Assembly: GCA_022605425.2 (NCBI GenBank)
Contig: CM061252.1
Coordinates: forward strand, 186,001 to 250,000
Direction: 5' to 3'
Source of the DNA: Hamiltosporidium tvaerminnensis FI-OER-3-3
Taxonomy: Eukaryota > Fungi > Microsporidia
DNA length: 64,000 bases
Shown: positions 25,660 through 39,699 of the stretch, one piece after another
Layout of the letters: each line of letters begins with the position of its first letter
Position numbering within the stretch: position 1 is the stretch's first letter
The notes under the pieces: model-generated
Database searches by the model: none
Told to the model about the DNA's origin: nothing
Seen by the model: the letters and a program-made list of their open reading frames with translations, nothing else
Position numbers and translations under genes: made by a program

Positions 25660-27630
25660 TATAAATTGAGAGAAATTTAACATTTTGTGTAAAGTGTGAA
25701 TTTCGCTGGAAAATCAGACTTCACTCTCAGCTGCTAACTCCGCAGTTTTTTTTATTTCGGAGCGTTAACGATTGTATTCAGTTTTTTCTTTACTAAGAAT
25801 AAGTTATAAAACAAAAAAATAAAATATCGAAACAGATTTTTATGGATTTTAATGATATGAAGCATCGTTTTGCCGAATGGCTGAATGAATATTGCTTATC
25901 AAAGATTGGAATACACAAATTCTCACGTAAAAAACATATTAAGTTAATAGAAAAAGTTAAAGAATCTAAAAGCAAGTTATTAGGAAAAAAATTATTAGGA
26001 TTTAAGTAAGTTTGATATGATAAATATAGAAAAGAAGGAAAAGTTAATTGTTATTCGAGAGAGGTTAAGAGAAAATTAGGTTTTATTTTTGTGGATCGAT
26101 AAGAGTTATTTCAAATTTAATATAGTGCATATATTGCATTTGGTCTTCGTAGTTGAAATCTTATATGTAAGGAAAATAATTCCGAATGTAAAAACATCAC
26201 AAGAAAAATGATAGGAACCTTATCTAAATTTATGTATCCTGTGAGAAAAAAACATATACTACCAAAAAAAGATTGTCTGCAACATCTTTAATTGGTAAAA
26301 ACATAAATTCTTGGGGCGAGTCGATTTAATCGATATGCAATCACAAATTTATGATTCATACTAAATCTATACTTACATAAGAGATCATAAATCAAAATTA
26401 TTCATTTTTTAGCTTCTGAAAAGTAAAGAGAGGAAGAAATAGCTGATTTGGTTTCTAATTTTTTTTACCATTTTCGGCCTGGATACTATCTTACAGAGTA
26501 ATAGTGACAAAAAACTTTCTGAAAATGCTACTAAAAAACTATTATACAAGGAGCCCGAGTTAAAGAGGGTATATAGGAAAAGCGCAATAACTCTCAATGT
26601 CATATCTCTGTAGACTACAAATTAATAGTTTGAAAAAAATACCTTTTAGTACCAGGAAGATAATAGCAGAAAAAAACTGTTCAAAAGGCTTAAGTTTTGT
26701 TTAGGATTATGAAAAAAGATGGTCGCTGCTAGGCAAAAACTTTACTCTGTATGAGACATATTGAGAACAAAGATAAAAGTTATTCTATAAGGTTTTCTGA
26801 TTAGCAGATCTTCTGCCTAATATAAATTTTGAAGAGGACTTAGATTAAAACAAGGATATGCGATTTAATAACTGTAAAGGAAGTTGCCTTGAAGAATGTT
26901 CTAATTCACTTAAAAGCAAATCAGCATAACGGGAAGTAATTATTTTCATTTGATATCCATTTTTAATACTTAGCCTTAACATTATACTAAATTCCGATTT
27001 TCGTAAAAGCAAGACTATTAAATGTTATAGCCATCTTTCCTAAATCGCATGTTACGAAAAATATGCTATTATGGTATGATATTACACCAGAGGCTCCGAT
27101 TCAGAACAGTAATATACACAGAAACATCAAAATTAAGATTATTTGCGCGATAAAAACAAAAAACTTGAAAAAAGATTCCGAATATAAAATTAAGAATATA
27201 CTAAAGCTAGGAAGAGTGACCCGTTAAAAACTTACACCCAGATCTTGACAAAACTCGTACTGATATAAGCATCCACAGAATCTGCCTCTTCAATACCAGA
27301 TTAAAATCTTCATAAATTAGATATGAAACATGTAATCTAGAATTAAATTTTGCTAAAAACAAATTTAGAATATAAACTGAAACGTTTACTTTTGCTTAAA
27401 AAATTCCTCGGTCCTTGATTTTATTAGGGGAATGTGCAAGATTGCCATACAAGGCCATACTAGGGTATTAGTCGATATGAACTCAATAGAAATGCACATC
27501 ACACAAATACAACTGCCGTAAAAAAAAAGACTATTCCCTTCGAAATGTCACCAAAAAGAAGCTGCTCTAAAAAATATAACCACTTGGGGCTGATATTTTT
27601 GGCTGAATGTAAAATTTTCTCGCTTTTGTA
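25660..27630 (+). mobile_element. Decayed Ginger2/KRBA2-SCAND3-type integrase DNA transposon
   Basis: Fragmentary translations VDLIDMQSQ (about 26320) and ILQS.N (about 26490), KNIT zinc-finger-region remnants and a Cys-rich tail near 27490. Degenerate inverted ends near 25660 and 27630. Confidence 0.6.
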
Positions 27631-28170
27631 CTTAATATAATATTCTCTTGTTTTTGTATTTGATCAAATATCAATATTGGCAAATAAAACAATGTATTTT
27701 AGGGTTTATGATCACCTAGAATAATCGAGAACGTATTACAGTCAATATTGATACTGCTATGAGTTATTTGGTCACTTATATTAATTGACAGCGATATTGA
27801 AATGCATTCCTGTGGGAATTCTCAATGGATAAAAACAATTCTAATAGTATTGTTTCCTAAATGCTTTTTACTTCAGAGAGTTCAAATTCGTTTTAGTTCT
27901 AGCCTTAACAAGTTTCAATTAGTCAAATTTTTTTTTCGTTCATTCTTGTTTAATCGCTAGTTGTTTGCTAAATAATAGAATGCAGAGCCAAAGTATACTA
28001 AATGAATTGTGGCTTCAGCGAGGCGCTATTGAATAGCCCTTATTAACCGTTTATGGCATATAAATTTTCTATAATTTCTCATTCGGTTTACGACATTAGG
28101 CATTATTCCTAGGAAAATATGAATGCTTCGAAAAAAATTCGTTTTTTAATATTCCACTGGGTAGTTTTAA

Positions 28171-28400
28171 AATAGGGGTGGAGAGAGGAAAACCTCATTG
28201 AAAACTATCTCGTTAGCAATAAATATGTGAAATCGATGTGAAATCATTGTTGAAATGTTGGTAGGATATAAACCACATCGGATCTATAGGCCATTCCCTA
28301 TAATTTCGAGTTACAACAGATTAAAAGATGCAATTGGAAAATTCTCAGTTGTTCATCCTCCACACCGAGACCTAAAGGAGGAATTGAATGGTAAGTAAGT
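28171..28400 (+). repeat. Dispersed family, short type A, copy 2
   Basis: Collinear with 1483-1710. Ends ggtaagtaagt. Confidence 0.8.
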
Positions 28401-28726
28401 TTTTAAATTTAAAGAAAAAATATATGTATTAGAATACTACTTTCTAAATCAAATCTTGTAAGTTCTAATAAAAATGAATTACTGTCTATGATAAATAATT
28501 CTCACAATTCTTTATTGGATATAAACACATTGATTTGGTTTTTATTCATTCTTAAGTAAATTGTGATGCGATGCTAGAATTTACGTATCCTAGTACATTA
28601 TTTTCAAAAAACTATAAAATAAATACTAAATCAATATAATGGGCTTATTTCCGTTTATGTTTATTAAATATCTTTTAAATATCGTTTTAAACAAGCTTGT
28701 GATTTATCACAGCGGTAAAAATATTA

Positions 28727-30484
28727 CTCCCTCTGTCCGGAAATATGGTATACATTTTAAAAAAAACCGTAGATTATCGTGAATATAAAAAATAAATAGG
28801 CAACCGTCATGACATTGTCATAGTAAATATTCATCACAATATAACCTAAAATTTTTGACTTTAATAATATCATTCTTAGTTAAAAAGTTACCGCTCAAAC
28901 ACAGTGTTTCTTAAGGTAAAAAAAATTAGTACCGCTGCAAGACGAATATGGAAAATTTGGAAGGAAATTTGTTAAATTTAGAAAGAAGAGATTCAAAATA
29001 TAAACAGTTAACTAAAGAACAACGTCAAGGTATTTTAGAAAAATTATTACAGCAGATGAAGGAGAATAAGTTAAAACACGGTGCCATCAACGAAGTTTCT
29101 TCTGCCTTTCAAGTTTCCCGGCTAACCGTTAGCAGAATTTGGCATGCAGCATAAACTCAATACAAAAAAAGGCAAGATATGTGCCGATGTTTCTTCAAAA
29201 AAGAAAAAAAGATGCGGAAGAAAACCTAAAGAATATTCGAACAATTTAGCGCAAATAAGGAATACACCATTAAATCGTCGAGGAACGCTCCGCAGTCTTT
29301 CCTTTGCAATTGTTATTCCAAAATCAACTTTGTTTGATATATTCAAGTCGGGAAAGTATATCAAGAGAATATCTTCTACAGTTAAACCAACTTTAACAGA
29401 TAAAAATAAAATGGACAGATTGAAATTTTGCTTGTCTAAAGTAAATCTTGCTAATAATGGAGATTTGCTTTTTGATGATTTGTACGACTACGTTCACATC
29501 GATAAAAAGTGGTTTTATCTAACTAAAGTTAAGCGCTCTTATTACTTAATGTTAAATGAAGAAAACCCGGAGAGAAACTGCAAAAGTAAGCGATTTATTA
29601 CGAAAATAATGTTCATGGCTGCAGTAGCTCGACCACGCTATGATGCACATCGAAAGCTTTATTTTGATGGAAAAATTGGAATATGGCCATTTGTTTATCA
29701 AGAACCAGCTCAAAGAAATTCTAAGAATAGGGCTAAAGGGACAATGATAACAAAAAATGTGGAATCTGTTACAGCAGTACATTGCAAAAACATGATCATT
29801 GATAATGTAATTCCCGCAATTAAATCTAAATTTCCGCCAGCATACAAAAAGAAAACAATTTACGTACAACAAGACAATGCAAAACCCCATTTTTCTGATA
29901 ATGATGCAGATATTGTCGCTCTTGGTTCTGCTGATGACTGGAATATTAAATTTAAGGCGCAACCGGCAAATAGCCCCGATTTAAATGTTCTCGATTTAGG
30001 TATTTTCAACTCCATATAATCGCTGCAACATGAAACTTCGCCACACACAATCAACGAATTAATAAATTGTGTTCAAGATGCATTTCATCAATTTGAAGTG
30101 AATACTCTCGATAACATTTTTACAACATTGCAAGCATGTATGGAGTCAATTATGTGAGCAGATAGAGGAAATAGCTATAAAATACCTTATTTAAGTAAAC
30201 GAAAACTTCGTCGCGAAGGTCGACTGCTAGAAAAATATGTATGTTCGAAAGAATCATAGGTTAAAGCCAAATCAAATTTCGAGTGAACTTATTAATTTTA
30301 ATATTTATTTTTTTAAATTTTATTTAATATTTACATTAATATTTATTAAAATGTTCGAAATAAAGGTAATATAATAAACTTGTCATGTACATTTTTTGAT
30401 TTATTTTATTTTTTCGCAAATCTATACCATATTTCCGGACAAAAAAATCGCTAAAATATATACTATATTTCCGGACAGAGGGGG
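28727..30484 (+). mobile_element. DD39D mariner-like transposon (plant-type, Stowaway-like TIR), complete
   Basis: ta|ctccctctgtccggaaatat ... atatttccggacagagggg(g)|ta, with TA TSD. An internal duplicate of the TIR motif lies near 30424. Confidence 0.93.
28948..30285 (+). pseudogene. DD39D transposase with a frameshift and in-frame stops
   Basis: HIDKKWF, KIMFMAAVARPRYD, FDGKIGIWPF and QQDNAKPH-...-NSPDLNVLDLG (39 residues between the Ds). Disrupted near 29152, at 30017 (SI*SLQ), near 30155 and near 30257. Confidence 0.9.
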
Positions 30485-31109
30485 TAGTATTTTTATAGTC
30501 AAAAAAAGGCGAAAAAATGAACCAAGTAAGGTATTCAAAGTAATAGATAAGAAAACATAAAATAAAGAAATTCGTTTATATTTTTTGTTACTGTTAAATC
30601 TTATTTCTATAATTTATAATCTAATTTTTCATTTTTGTATATTATTCCAATAAATTTTATATTTGCATCTGAATTTCTTAAAATAATCTTTCTCTACAAA
30701 GAATACATATAAAATTTTTTTTTATTAGCACTCATATTAATCAGTACGCAGAAAATTTCGGAAGTGTTCTGCCATCGGGTAATGATAAAGTAAAATAAAA
30801 GGGAGTAGAACGAGTGTGGGGTTATAAGACGATGTGTTGATTTTGGATCATGGTAATACTGTTTCCAATCAACCACCCCCTTAATATCTGTTCAAGTAAA
30901 ACCACAAGCAACAATATAGTTGATATTGTTTCAGTTTAATTATGAAAACTATTGATTTTATATTTTTTTTTGATTTTTTAAAATTTATAAACAAAGGTAT
31001 TAATCATAACATTTTTTTCCTCGTAGAAATTGTAGCGAATAAAAAAAATTATTTGAAACATTATAGAAAAAATAGAAGAAGTTAAAAAGATAAAACATAT
31101 AATAAAAAT

Positions 31110-31647
31110 TTATCCATGATCTCGTGTTAAAAACATGGGTAAAATATGATTTGTTTTTTTGAATTTCTTTTTACTGTCTTTCCTGGATGCGCATCTTTGT
31201 TGTTAAATATTATATCATCTGTAAAGGAATTATCTAATGATGAATGAAGAGAATTTCCTTGCTTTTCCGAGGAATTATCGTATGTTTTCAATTCAGAAAA
31301 TACTTTTTTCTCGTTTTCCTCGGGGAATATATTGTTTCTTTTTACGTAGCCGTTGTAGTCAAAATCCTCATCAAAATTTGATTCGATTTTTTCTATGGTT
31401 TTTTTAACTTTGTATTCAAGCTCTTTGATCCATAAATCGGTAGAATTTTTATATTTACCAAATCTATTTTTTATATTTATATTTTTTTTACTATATTTGG
31501 GTTTTTATTTTTAACATACGTAATTGGATGTTCACAGGTATAACCCAGATTTATGATTTCTGAATCCGGCATTTTAGCAGTGGAAGATTTTCCCTCTAAC
31601 ATTGTTCCTTCTACAATACCGGCTATGATTAAAATATAATGAAACAT
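31110..31647 (-). CDS. Putative secreted protein (about 178 aa) with one frameshift in an A-run near 31485
   Basis: MFHYILIIAGIVEG signal-like start. Adding one A gives an open frame through KNRFGKYKNSTDLWIKELEYKVKK to GGA TAA. A paralogue lies at 39.7-40.2 kb. Confidence 0.55.
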
Positions 31648-31989
31648 GTCGAATACAATTTCCTTTCTATATATCTTTAAATTTTCCAGAAGAATTTAAA
31701 TTTGAGTCTAAAAATGTCATTTTTTGCAATTAAATCAAAAATAAATATAAAATTAGATAAAAATAATTGTCTTTGATTGCTTTTAAAATTTAGACTTAAC
31801 TTACTATATCCAAAAAAATTGTTGGAGAAAGATGTTATTGCAAACACTAAATTAAATTTAAAACTTTAAATCAAAATTTTGAACTTTTTAATTAAGATTA
31901 GATTAAAATTTATTTAGATCAGTTTTTCTTAACCTTTTAAATGAGCTGGAATCTTTAAATTTTAAAATATGTCTCGCTCTACACTGAAA

Positions 31990-34368
31990 AAGGGTTTCGA
32001 TTTTTTGCAAATTTGTTGTTTTTATTTAAAAAAAATGTACATTTAATTATCAAATAAGAAACCGTATTATTTTTATTAAAGATTAGACTGTTGTAACTTG
32101 TTATTTATAAATTTTGTGAAGCGAGGCTAATTTTCTGCAAGAGACTCACGAAGCCAGTAGTTGCATTTAAGCGAGTTTTCGCTTTAGTTTTATATAAAAA
32201 GGTGATTAAAACTCCTTTACACACAATTTGGTAGTAAAAAACGATAGAAGTAACTACAATGTTCCTTTTTCCAATTGTGGATAACCTTCTAATTTGTAAA
32301 ACAGGACTGTATAATTCTAATTGTTCTGATTTAATTGGAAAATCTCCACTAACTCGCATTTTAATAAGATCGTCTCTTTTGGAATCACTACCATCCATAG
32401 AACATTTTTTAATATGAATGTATTTAATTACATCCTTTAATTTTTGTAAATTTCAGTAGAAAATGGCCATTGATGGATTCGCTCATTAATTTCCAATGTA
32501 TTGCAATATCGAGTATATTAGTGTTTTTTTCATTTTTTATAACAACTCAATCAAAAAAGAGAAAGTTGAAAAAGTCCCATTTTCAACCTGACGTACTCAA
32601 ATTCCTAGTTTTCTAAAAAATTAAGATAATTTTTCATTTGAAATTATAATATTTCTAACAAATCTTTAGATTGATAAAGTAAATTTATTTAAATAGCTTA
32701 AATATAGGCTAAGTAGATTAGTCTTCGAATTGTGTCCTTACACACAAAATAGTTTACTAAATCACAATTTATACTAGTCGGAAACAGAATAATTTCTTCC
32801 CATAATTCAAAAACTCAACTGCGCTTTTAACCTTTAGAGAACCAATGTAATTCGGTGTGGTATAGAAGCAGTATGAGCAGAGCCGATTTATTTACAAATG
32901 AAACGAGAAATGTAATGATCAGAAGCCTGTAAACGGATATGTTTTACTACGTTAAGAAAACACTTAGAGAATGTTTTTAAGTTTTCGGCAATGTAACATG
33001 TAATGCGTTATTTAACAGGCGAATATTATTTTTTCTGGTGTGAAATAATCCAGCATTTTTCCTTAAAATTGCTGGGGCCTATGGCGCAGACAAATCTTAT
33101 CACACTCGATGATAACTGATACAAAAAAATTTCAAATCCAAATAAAAACATAAATTCTTTCGGAATTCAGATCCAATGGGTCCCAAAATAGAAATTTCTC
33201 TATTCTTTTTTTTTCTTTTTCATATTTTAAAAATACCACGAACTGGCTGCAATTATCAACATCATTTGACTCATTCGGTTGTATACTTATTTTTTGTGAA
33301 CTTACATTCTTCGTCTATTACCTGGAGTAAAATATCTTTATTAAGATCTTGGATTCGAGATAGAATTATCTCGTTCGACAACCGGATCTTTTAGGTTATG
33401 TTACTGTTTCTGAAAAAAAATCTTTTTACCATTATAAATGCGCGGGGTTTTATCGATTTGGGGCAACCTTTGAGTTTTTTCTCTATACACAGATATGCTA
33501 CTTGAAAGGACGCTTTCAAAAACGGATTTTGAATTTCTGGCCCGCATAATTCTGGGAGGGTACCACCAGAATCAAATTCGGACTTTTTATGACTTCACGT
33601 TGTTATTGCTATGGGTACCTTTATCACTATGCAGATTTTGAAATGCTCTAGTAACTTTGATGACTTGAGATTGCAGTTTGAAAATATCTTGGAACATAAT
33701 ATGCATTTAAATCGTTTCTACCATTTTTTTATTGCACAAGTGAATTTATATGCAGCATAAATTCTGTTATATTGGCCTTTTTTGGACATAGATGTGTTCA
33801 CTTAATCAATTCAATTATGTTATTTTGAAATAAATTATATTTTGGAAATAACAAAATTTGATTCAGCAAAATATTATTTAGAATACGTAAGAAAGGTTTC
33901 TACGTTTGTATTATCAAAAATCTCTTCGACTAGAATCTCTGACTAATTAAAAAGTTATAAATTGGCCCGAAATGTTTATAATCGGATGCTTAAATACGTT
34001 CTATTTATTCTTCTCAAAGAGATTTCTTAACCAACTGCCGATAACTCTAATGGTAGACTCAGGCAATATGAATGAGAGACGCTGCCTTGGTGTTTAGTAA
34101 TTTTTGGCTTTTTTTCGCCGATGCGCATCCGTGTAACAATGAACAAGACTGTTTATGATTCTGTTGGTGATCTTATTCAAAGCAGTAAAATATTCCTTTA
34201 AGATACTTTTTTACGTTTTTCCTTGACTTTGAAAGTTTGTATTTTCTTGCAAAAACAATTTAACCAAAATTTCTGTATGAACTTAAGCTTTTGACAGAGG
34301 ATTTTTCCGGTCCCCATAAGTACCTTACGCTCCCCCTGGTACAAGCACCCCTGGTTAAAAGACCCCTG
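31990..34368 (-). mobile_element. Decayed hAT (Buster/Charlie-type) transposon
   Basis: Minus-strand remnants: THYMLH (CxxH motif), LLYHTELHWFSKG (cf. HTEVRWLSRG), FELWEEIILF, and C-terminal LC...KTKAKTRLN dimerisation motif. CAGGGGTC end at 34368. Confidence 0.7.
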
Positions 34369-34638
34369 CATAAAGAAGTTAAAAATAGCTATAAAATAAG
34401 AGTAGAATATAAAAAAGATAAGGATTTTAAAATTTTAGAAGAATATACATTAACCCTTAAAAGTCATTTTAAACCGGAACTTTATTCAATGAATTTAATT
34501 ACAAGCCTAATATACCATAGTAATATCAATTATTCTAAATATAATTTTAATTAAATTCTTTTATCAATAAGAGTATGATTTTTTTTAAAAAATCTACAAC
34601 AAAAATGTTTCTTAAAGTTAATCATTGTTCGAATGAGT

Positions 34639-34998
34639 ATTCAGTCTATAGTACTTAAGAAGACAGTCGGCACAATTTCCTGTGATCGACGAAGAGGACT
34701 TGAGTCAAGAATAAATGCCGAAGAGAGCTTCAATGGGTGTTATTATGAAAGAAGAGCTGCATGAGGAACCAACACTCCCTTTAAAAGGAGCGAAGAGAAA
34801 TAAAGATGGTGTTAAAATTTCAAAAACAAAGAACAATACACTCCTTATTTCACAAGAAGGAACCACGTTAGAGGAACCGACCATAAACATAAATGAAGAT
34901 TCGGATTTATAAGAAGAGACAGGAGTGGTTAAAAGGGTAGAAGAAAACATATAAAATGGTAAAAATATTAAAACCCAGATTTTCATTGAATAAAATAA
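34639..34998 (+). mobile_element. Heavily 5'-truncated, diverged copy of the RT-REL retrotransposon
   Basis: Matches 24715-25080 (attcagtctatagtactt...gaggaaccgacc...aacccaga). TSD gttcgaatg(a/t)gt at 34627-34638 and 34999-35010. Confidence 0.9.
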
Positions 34999-35747
34999 GT
35001 TCGAATGTGTATATCTATCAAAGTGAAGTATTAATTTTAATCAAAAAAATATAATTATTCGATTTATGTTTTTAATTTTAAAGGATGTTTGTCTTTTACT
35101 ACAAAATAGATTTAGTTCAACAAGAATATTCCTTTATAGAACATGATTTTAGCTAAATACATACTAGATTTTACTTACTAACGATACTAAATTAATGCCA
35201 TCTTTAAAAATTAGTCTAGCCTTATTTTATTTATTTTTAACCTTAAAAACACATTTCGCTAAACATCAAAATCAAAAACTGAATATAGCGATACTTGATA
35301 AAAAAAATGAACAGAAAAAAAGTTGGGAATATATCGAGACTAACATAAACAGAAACGAGTTTTCTGTCTAGTGCTTCAACCGCAAGAACTTATTTAATCC
35401 AATATATAATAATTGATTAAGTGGCATAGAAATATCATAAACCTTGGTACATTTTTTGGTAAACTATAAAATAGAGAATAAAATTTCATTATTTTTCTTT
35501 GGAAATATTTATTTAATAGTTGCTTTGAAGTTTCTAAGATAAATATCAAGCATCAAAAAGTAGGTTTGTTTTCAGTAAAAGATGGAAATATTTAAAGTTT
35601 GGAATTTTTTGTAAAAGAAAAATTAAATGAAAATATAATATAGAAATAAAGCTAGAAGGGGAATATTTAAAATGATTAAAACATTGAAGACATACTTTAA
35701 AACCATTTTTGAAACCTAATTAATTTACTCACCCATAATCAACTTAT

Positions 35748-35976
35748 TCCCCTGCTTGCCAGGAGCAGAATTGGCTTAGTGTATTCTCTGCTTGTCGTAA
35801 AAGGCGACAAAAGAGACTGGCTCTTCTGGGTGGGGTTGGGATAACAGCCTACTCGGTAAAACCATCTTGTTATAAACCCCAAAAAAGTAAATTAACCCTC
35901 TGTAAACAGACCGAAGGTGGTATTACGGAGAGAGACCAGGGCTTTTACAGGGCTGTAATGCCTAGGATGAATAAAA
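35748..35976 (+). mobile_element. RTE-derived bipartite non-autonomous element (SINE-like)
   Basis: RTE 5'-UTR-type hairpin ctgcttgtcgtaaaaggcgac joined to an RTE-type 3' end accagggc...agggctgtaatgcc. TSD aatcaac(t/a)tat at 35737 and 35977. Confidence 0.7.
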
Positions 35977-36299
35977 AATCAACATATGCTACAGTGCAAG
36001 ACAAATATTAGGACATCATATGTCTTCGCTTTGATCTCATATTATTGCTCGGTTTAATCTTATTTTTAGAGTTGTAATATATTGGGTGTTAATATAATTT
36101 TGAATATTTTTGTCGTCATCTAACGAAAATCACATAAAGTATTTAGGTCTAATTCTACTTGAAAGATTATTCGCGATTATAAATTTGTTAATTATTAAAC
36201 ATATTTTATTTAATTATAAATTACTAATGAACGAGCGAGAATATATGTTTCTTTCCTAATCTGCTTTTTTCCAATCTACCACTGTGTGTTTCTTCTTTA

Positions 36300-36783
36300 T
36301 TAAAAAAATTTATCTGGAAAACTATTTATATTATCGAAAGATTGCATTTTCCTTACACTTGAACCCCGAAACATATATGGATTAAAATTAGCCGCAATGT
36401 TTTGCTTAACATTGTGATTTCCGTTATCTACTTTTTCCTTTTCTATCTGAAGCGATATCTCATCATTGAAATCGAAATTAATTCTATTCAAAATATTTTC
36501 TATTTTTTATCTAAAGATCTCATTTCCATGTCTTCATCAGTGGTATTATCAGCAGGAGAAATGTTTTTTGCCGTTGATGTTTCATTCATCATTTTAAAGT
36601 TCGGATGTCTACCACGCAAAATAGGGAGATATAAAAAATTTGAATTATTTGTTATCACAGGCTCATAATTATCAGATCTTGACGGATATATTTCAGATGT
36701 TGTTGCATTTATAGAATAAAAATTATCGAGATACAAAAATTATGCATTTTCAAATAAAATTTATATTTATTTATACTTTTCAT
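36300..36783 (-). pseudogene. Broken hypothetical (possibly secreted) protein gene
   Basis: Adjacent ORFs 36500-36736 and 36300-36491, plus an upstream ATG at 36783 that needs a frameshift. Confidence 0.35.
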
Positions 36784-38847
36784 AAATTCGAAATAATTTT
36801 AATTTAGACCTTTATACAAATTATCAATTAATTGTAAAATAATTTGATTGTAATCAAAATATAATATGGTTTCAAATTAAAAATGGTAGCAAAATCTCTT
36901 ATAGAAAAAAATTCCAAGTTATTTAAGAGTTAATTTAATCGAATAAAAAATTTTTTAAACAGTTAATTAAAAATCAATTTATGTTAGATACAAGATCATG
37001 CCACTGGCCTAATGTGAAACATATTTTGTAAAATGAAGAGAATACCAAGTTTAAACCCCTATAGTCTGTGACTTTTAGCATACTCATTAAAAACCGGAAG
37101 AACAAACACAAAAAGTAAAAGAAGACTTCTAACAGAAAGACAGATATAAAATTCCATCACGCTCATATGAAAGATATATTAGAGTATGGAAGTATGTAAA
37201 ATTTAAATTAAAATGTTTAAATAAAAGACAAAAAGCCTTTCCGAAATCTATATCTTATTACTCGTTCTATTTTTATCAACTCTCGATTTTGAGAAAATTT
37301 AATATTACCACTGTATTTTTATGTTAAAGTATACAGGTTTATTATCTATACATAATAATGTGATGATAGAAACTTTAATTCAACCAAAAAGATGGTTTTA
37401 GCCCAATTAAATATAATTACAGGAAAATAAAAATCTTATAAGTAAATTCAAATTCCAATAGGTTATTGTTTTTTTGGTAAAGCTTAAGCATCATGAATTA
37501 TCATCTAAAGTGTATTATAGCTATCAAAATGCCATTAACTAAAATTTTACAACTTAATTTCAAAAACATTATATTTTATTAATATCGAAAGATATATAGT
37601 TCTAATTAAAAAGATAACAGGAAAAACTATACATGCTATGTTGATAAAATTTTTATATTGGCATCATTCTATTTAATAATTTATTGATCGTTTTCAATTT
37701 TAAGTACGTTTATAAAAAATCGAGAAGTTATATGGATCAATAAGCATTTATCATAAAAAATACTTAATTTATTACAAGCTCAATGTATTTTTCGGCTAAA
37801 ATATTAGGAAATAGAATTTAAAGAAATTCAATACAAATAAATATAAATTATATTTAGTGCAACAGGAGAAATAAAGAATAATCCAGCAGATTGGAATCAG
37901 TAAAATAATTACACTACTAACTTGAACAACTATTGCATGGCTGTTTTAAATTTGAAAAATTCTTTTTGATTTTAAGTTTAAACTGAGATCAGAATATAGA
38001 TAAGAAAAAAATCATTGTAGAAAACTTACTAGCTACATCCTTAAATGATATTATGTAACAATAATGATTTTGAATACCAAGCTATAAATATTAAAAACGG
38101 TTGAGAATAATGTTTCTAATCCTAGATTTCGGGTTTCAAATTAATAAAAGCAAAACTAATTGTGAATTAAGAATATACCTAAATATATTTAGCAAAAATT
38201 TCAATTTTTATCTTTGAAATTAATATTGTTGTGATAAAATTAAAAAAAAGAATCAAAACTTCAATCATATTAAAATGCAAGAAAAAAATAATCTTATTTC
38301 TAAATGCTTTAATGTTATTTTAACATTCGAATTTTTAAGTTGGTTTAAAGTTAGAAAAAAAAATATTTAATTGTAGACAATAGTTCTCAAATAAACCTTT
38401 TAATATAAAGTTAAGATAAGTTTTCAGAGTGAATAAATTCTAAATTTGCATGCATAAGTTTAATTTCATGTCAAAGATATTGTATAAATTTATAATTTTT
38501 AAAGAAAATTTCTTCAAAAACTTATATTAGCACAGTAAAAACATTACCTTTTTAAATTTTGCTGAAAATATACTCTCCATGGTATATTTAAAATCAAAAA
38601 CGAAGGAAAACAAGTTTAATTTATACGTTGTATAATTATTTTCTCTCGAATATAAATTATTATCATAAGCAGCTTTTTTGAATATATAGACCATTTTTAT
38701 GAATAGTTTTATTTAAAACAAAAATAAATCCGACATTTATGTTTTAAGCTCTATAATTTCTCGACTAATTTTTCCTAGAATATCATCGAGTATCAATTTG
38801 AGTGATTGTATCATAAAATAATTCGTAAAAAGAGAATATTATTAAAG

Positions 38848-39596
38848 AAAGTGATTAGAGTGGATACCAAAATGAAAACTATCTGCTTGACGATGACCTA
38901 TTGAAATTGTTGCGAAAATCCTTGTTTGGATGTTTTTTTAGATAAAACCACATTAAATTTTATGTTTTTAGTGATGATTTGAACATAAAAGAGCACGTCT
39001 ACAAATTAATAAGACTTTTTATACCTAGAAAGTTGTATTTGTTTGTAAATATGCTAGTAAAAACATTAGAACTTGTCTTTATTGCCATATAATCATATCA
39101 GAACCTGTCTTTATTGCCATACAAATACATGAAAACTTTGCTTCACTACTCTAGTAGAAGATATAGTGCTTAGAGATATAAAAAAACCATACCTTTAAAA
39201 AAAAGAAATTCTATAAGGAGGTCATACCTGAGATATGACACTGCAACGTCTAGGTAGATTTTATCTATGTCGGCGAAAAATTTCTTATTTTTAAGTCCAT
39301 TTGATTCGGAATCTGTCGAGTAATTTGAATGCAGTTATTCTTGGGAAGAGGGAGTCGGGTTTCTGCATGTAATCAATTATTAGAAACAAAAATTAAAGAG
39401 TTTCGGAAAACCGGCTCACCTAATATTTGTTCAGAAATCTTTTGGTATAAATTCTTTATAATGTAAATGTCGTTGAAGATGCCGATTGAACGATATAGCG
39501 CAATAATTTATTTTAAAGACAAAACCGCGTTAATAACATGAAAAAAATATACGAAATGCACTTTTATAAGAAAATGTGATATTTTTAAATAGAAAA
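38848..39596 (+). repeat. Dispersed family type B, diverged copy with an internal ~32-bp duplication
   Basis: Head aaaactatctgcttgacgatga; internal aggtcatacctg...atatgacactgcaacgtctag and accgcgttaataacatgaaa; end tgtgatatt. Confidence 0.75.
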
Positions 39597-39699
39597 CTTA
39601 ATTTTTGAAATTGAATTTATTTAGTTTTTTTAATAAAAACGAAAATTTAAAAGCAATAAAATATGTGTTTAGAGCATATTTACTAATAAGATATATTTA

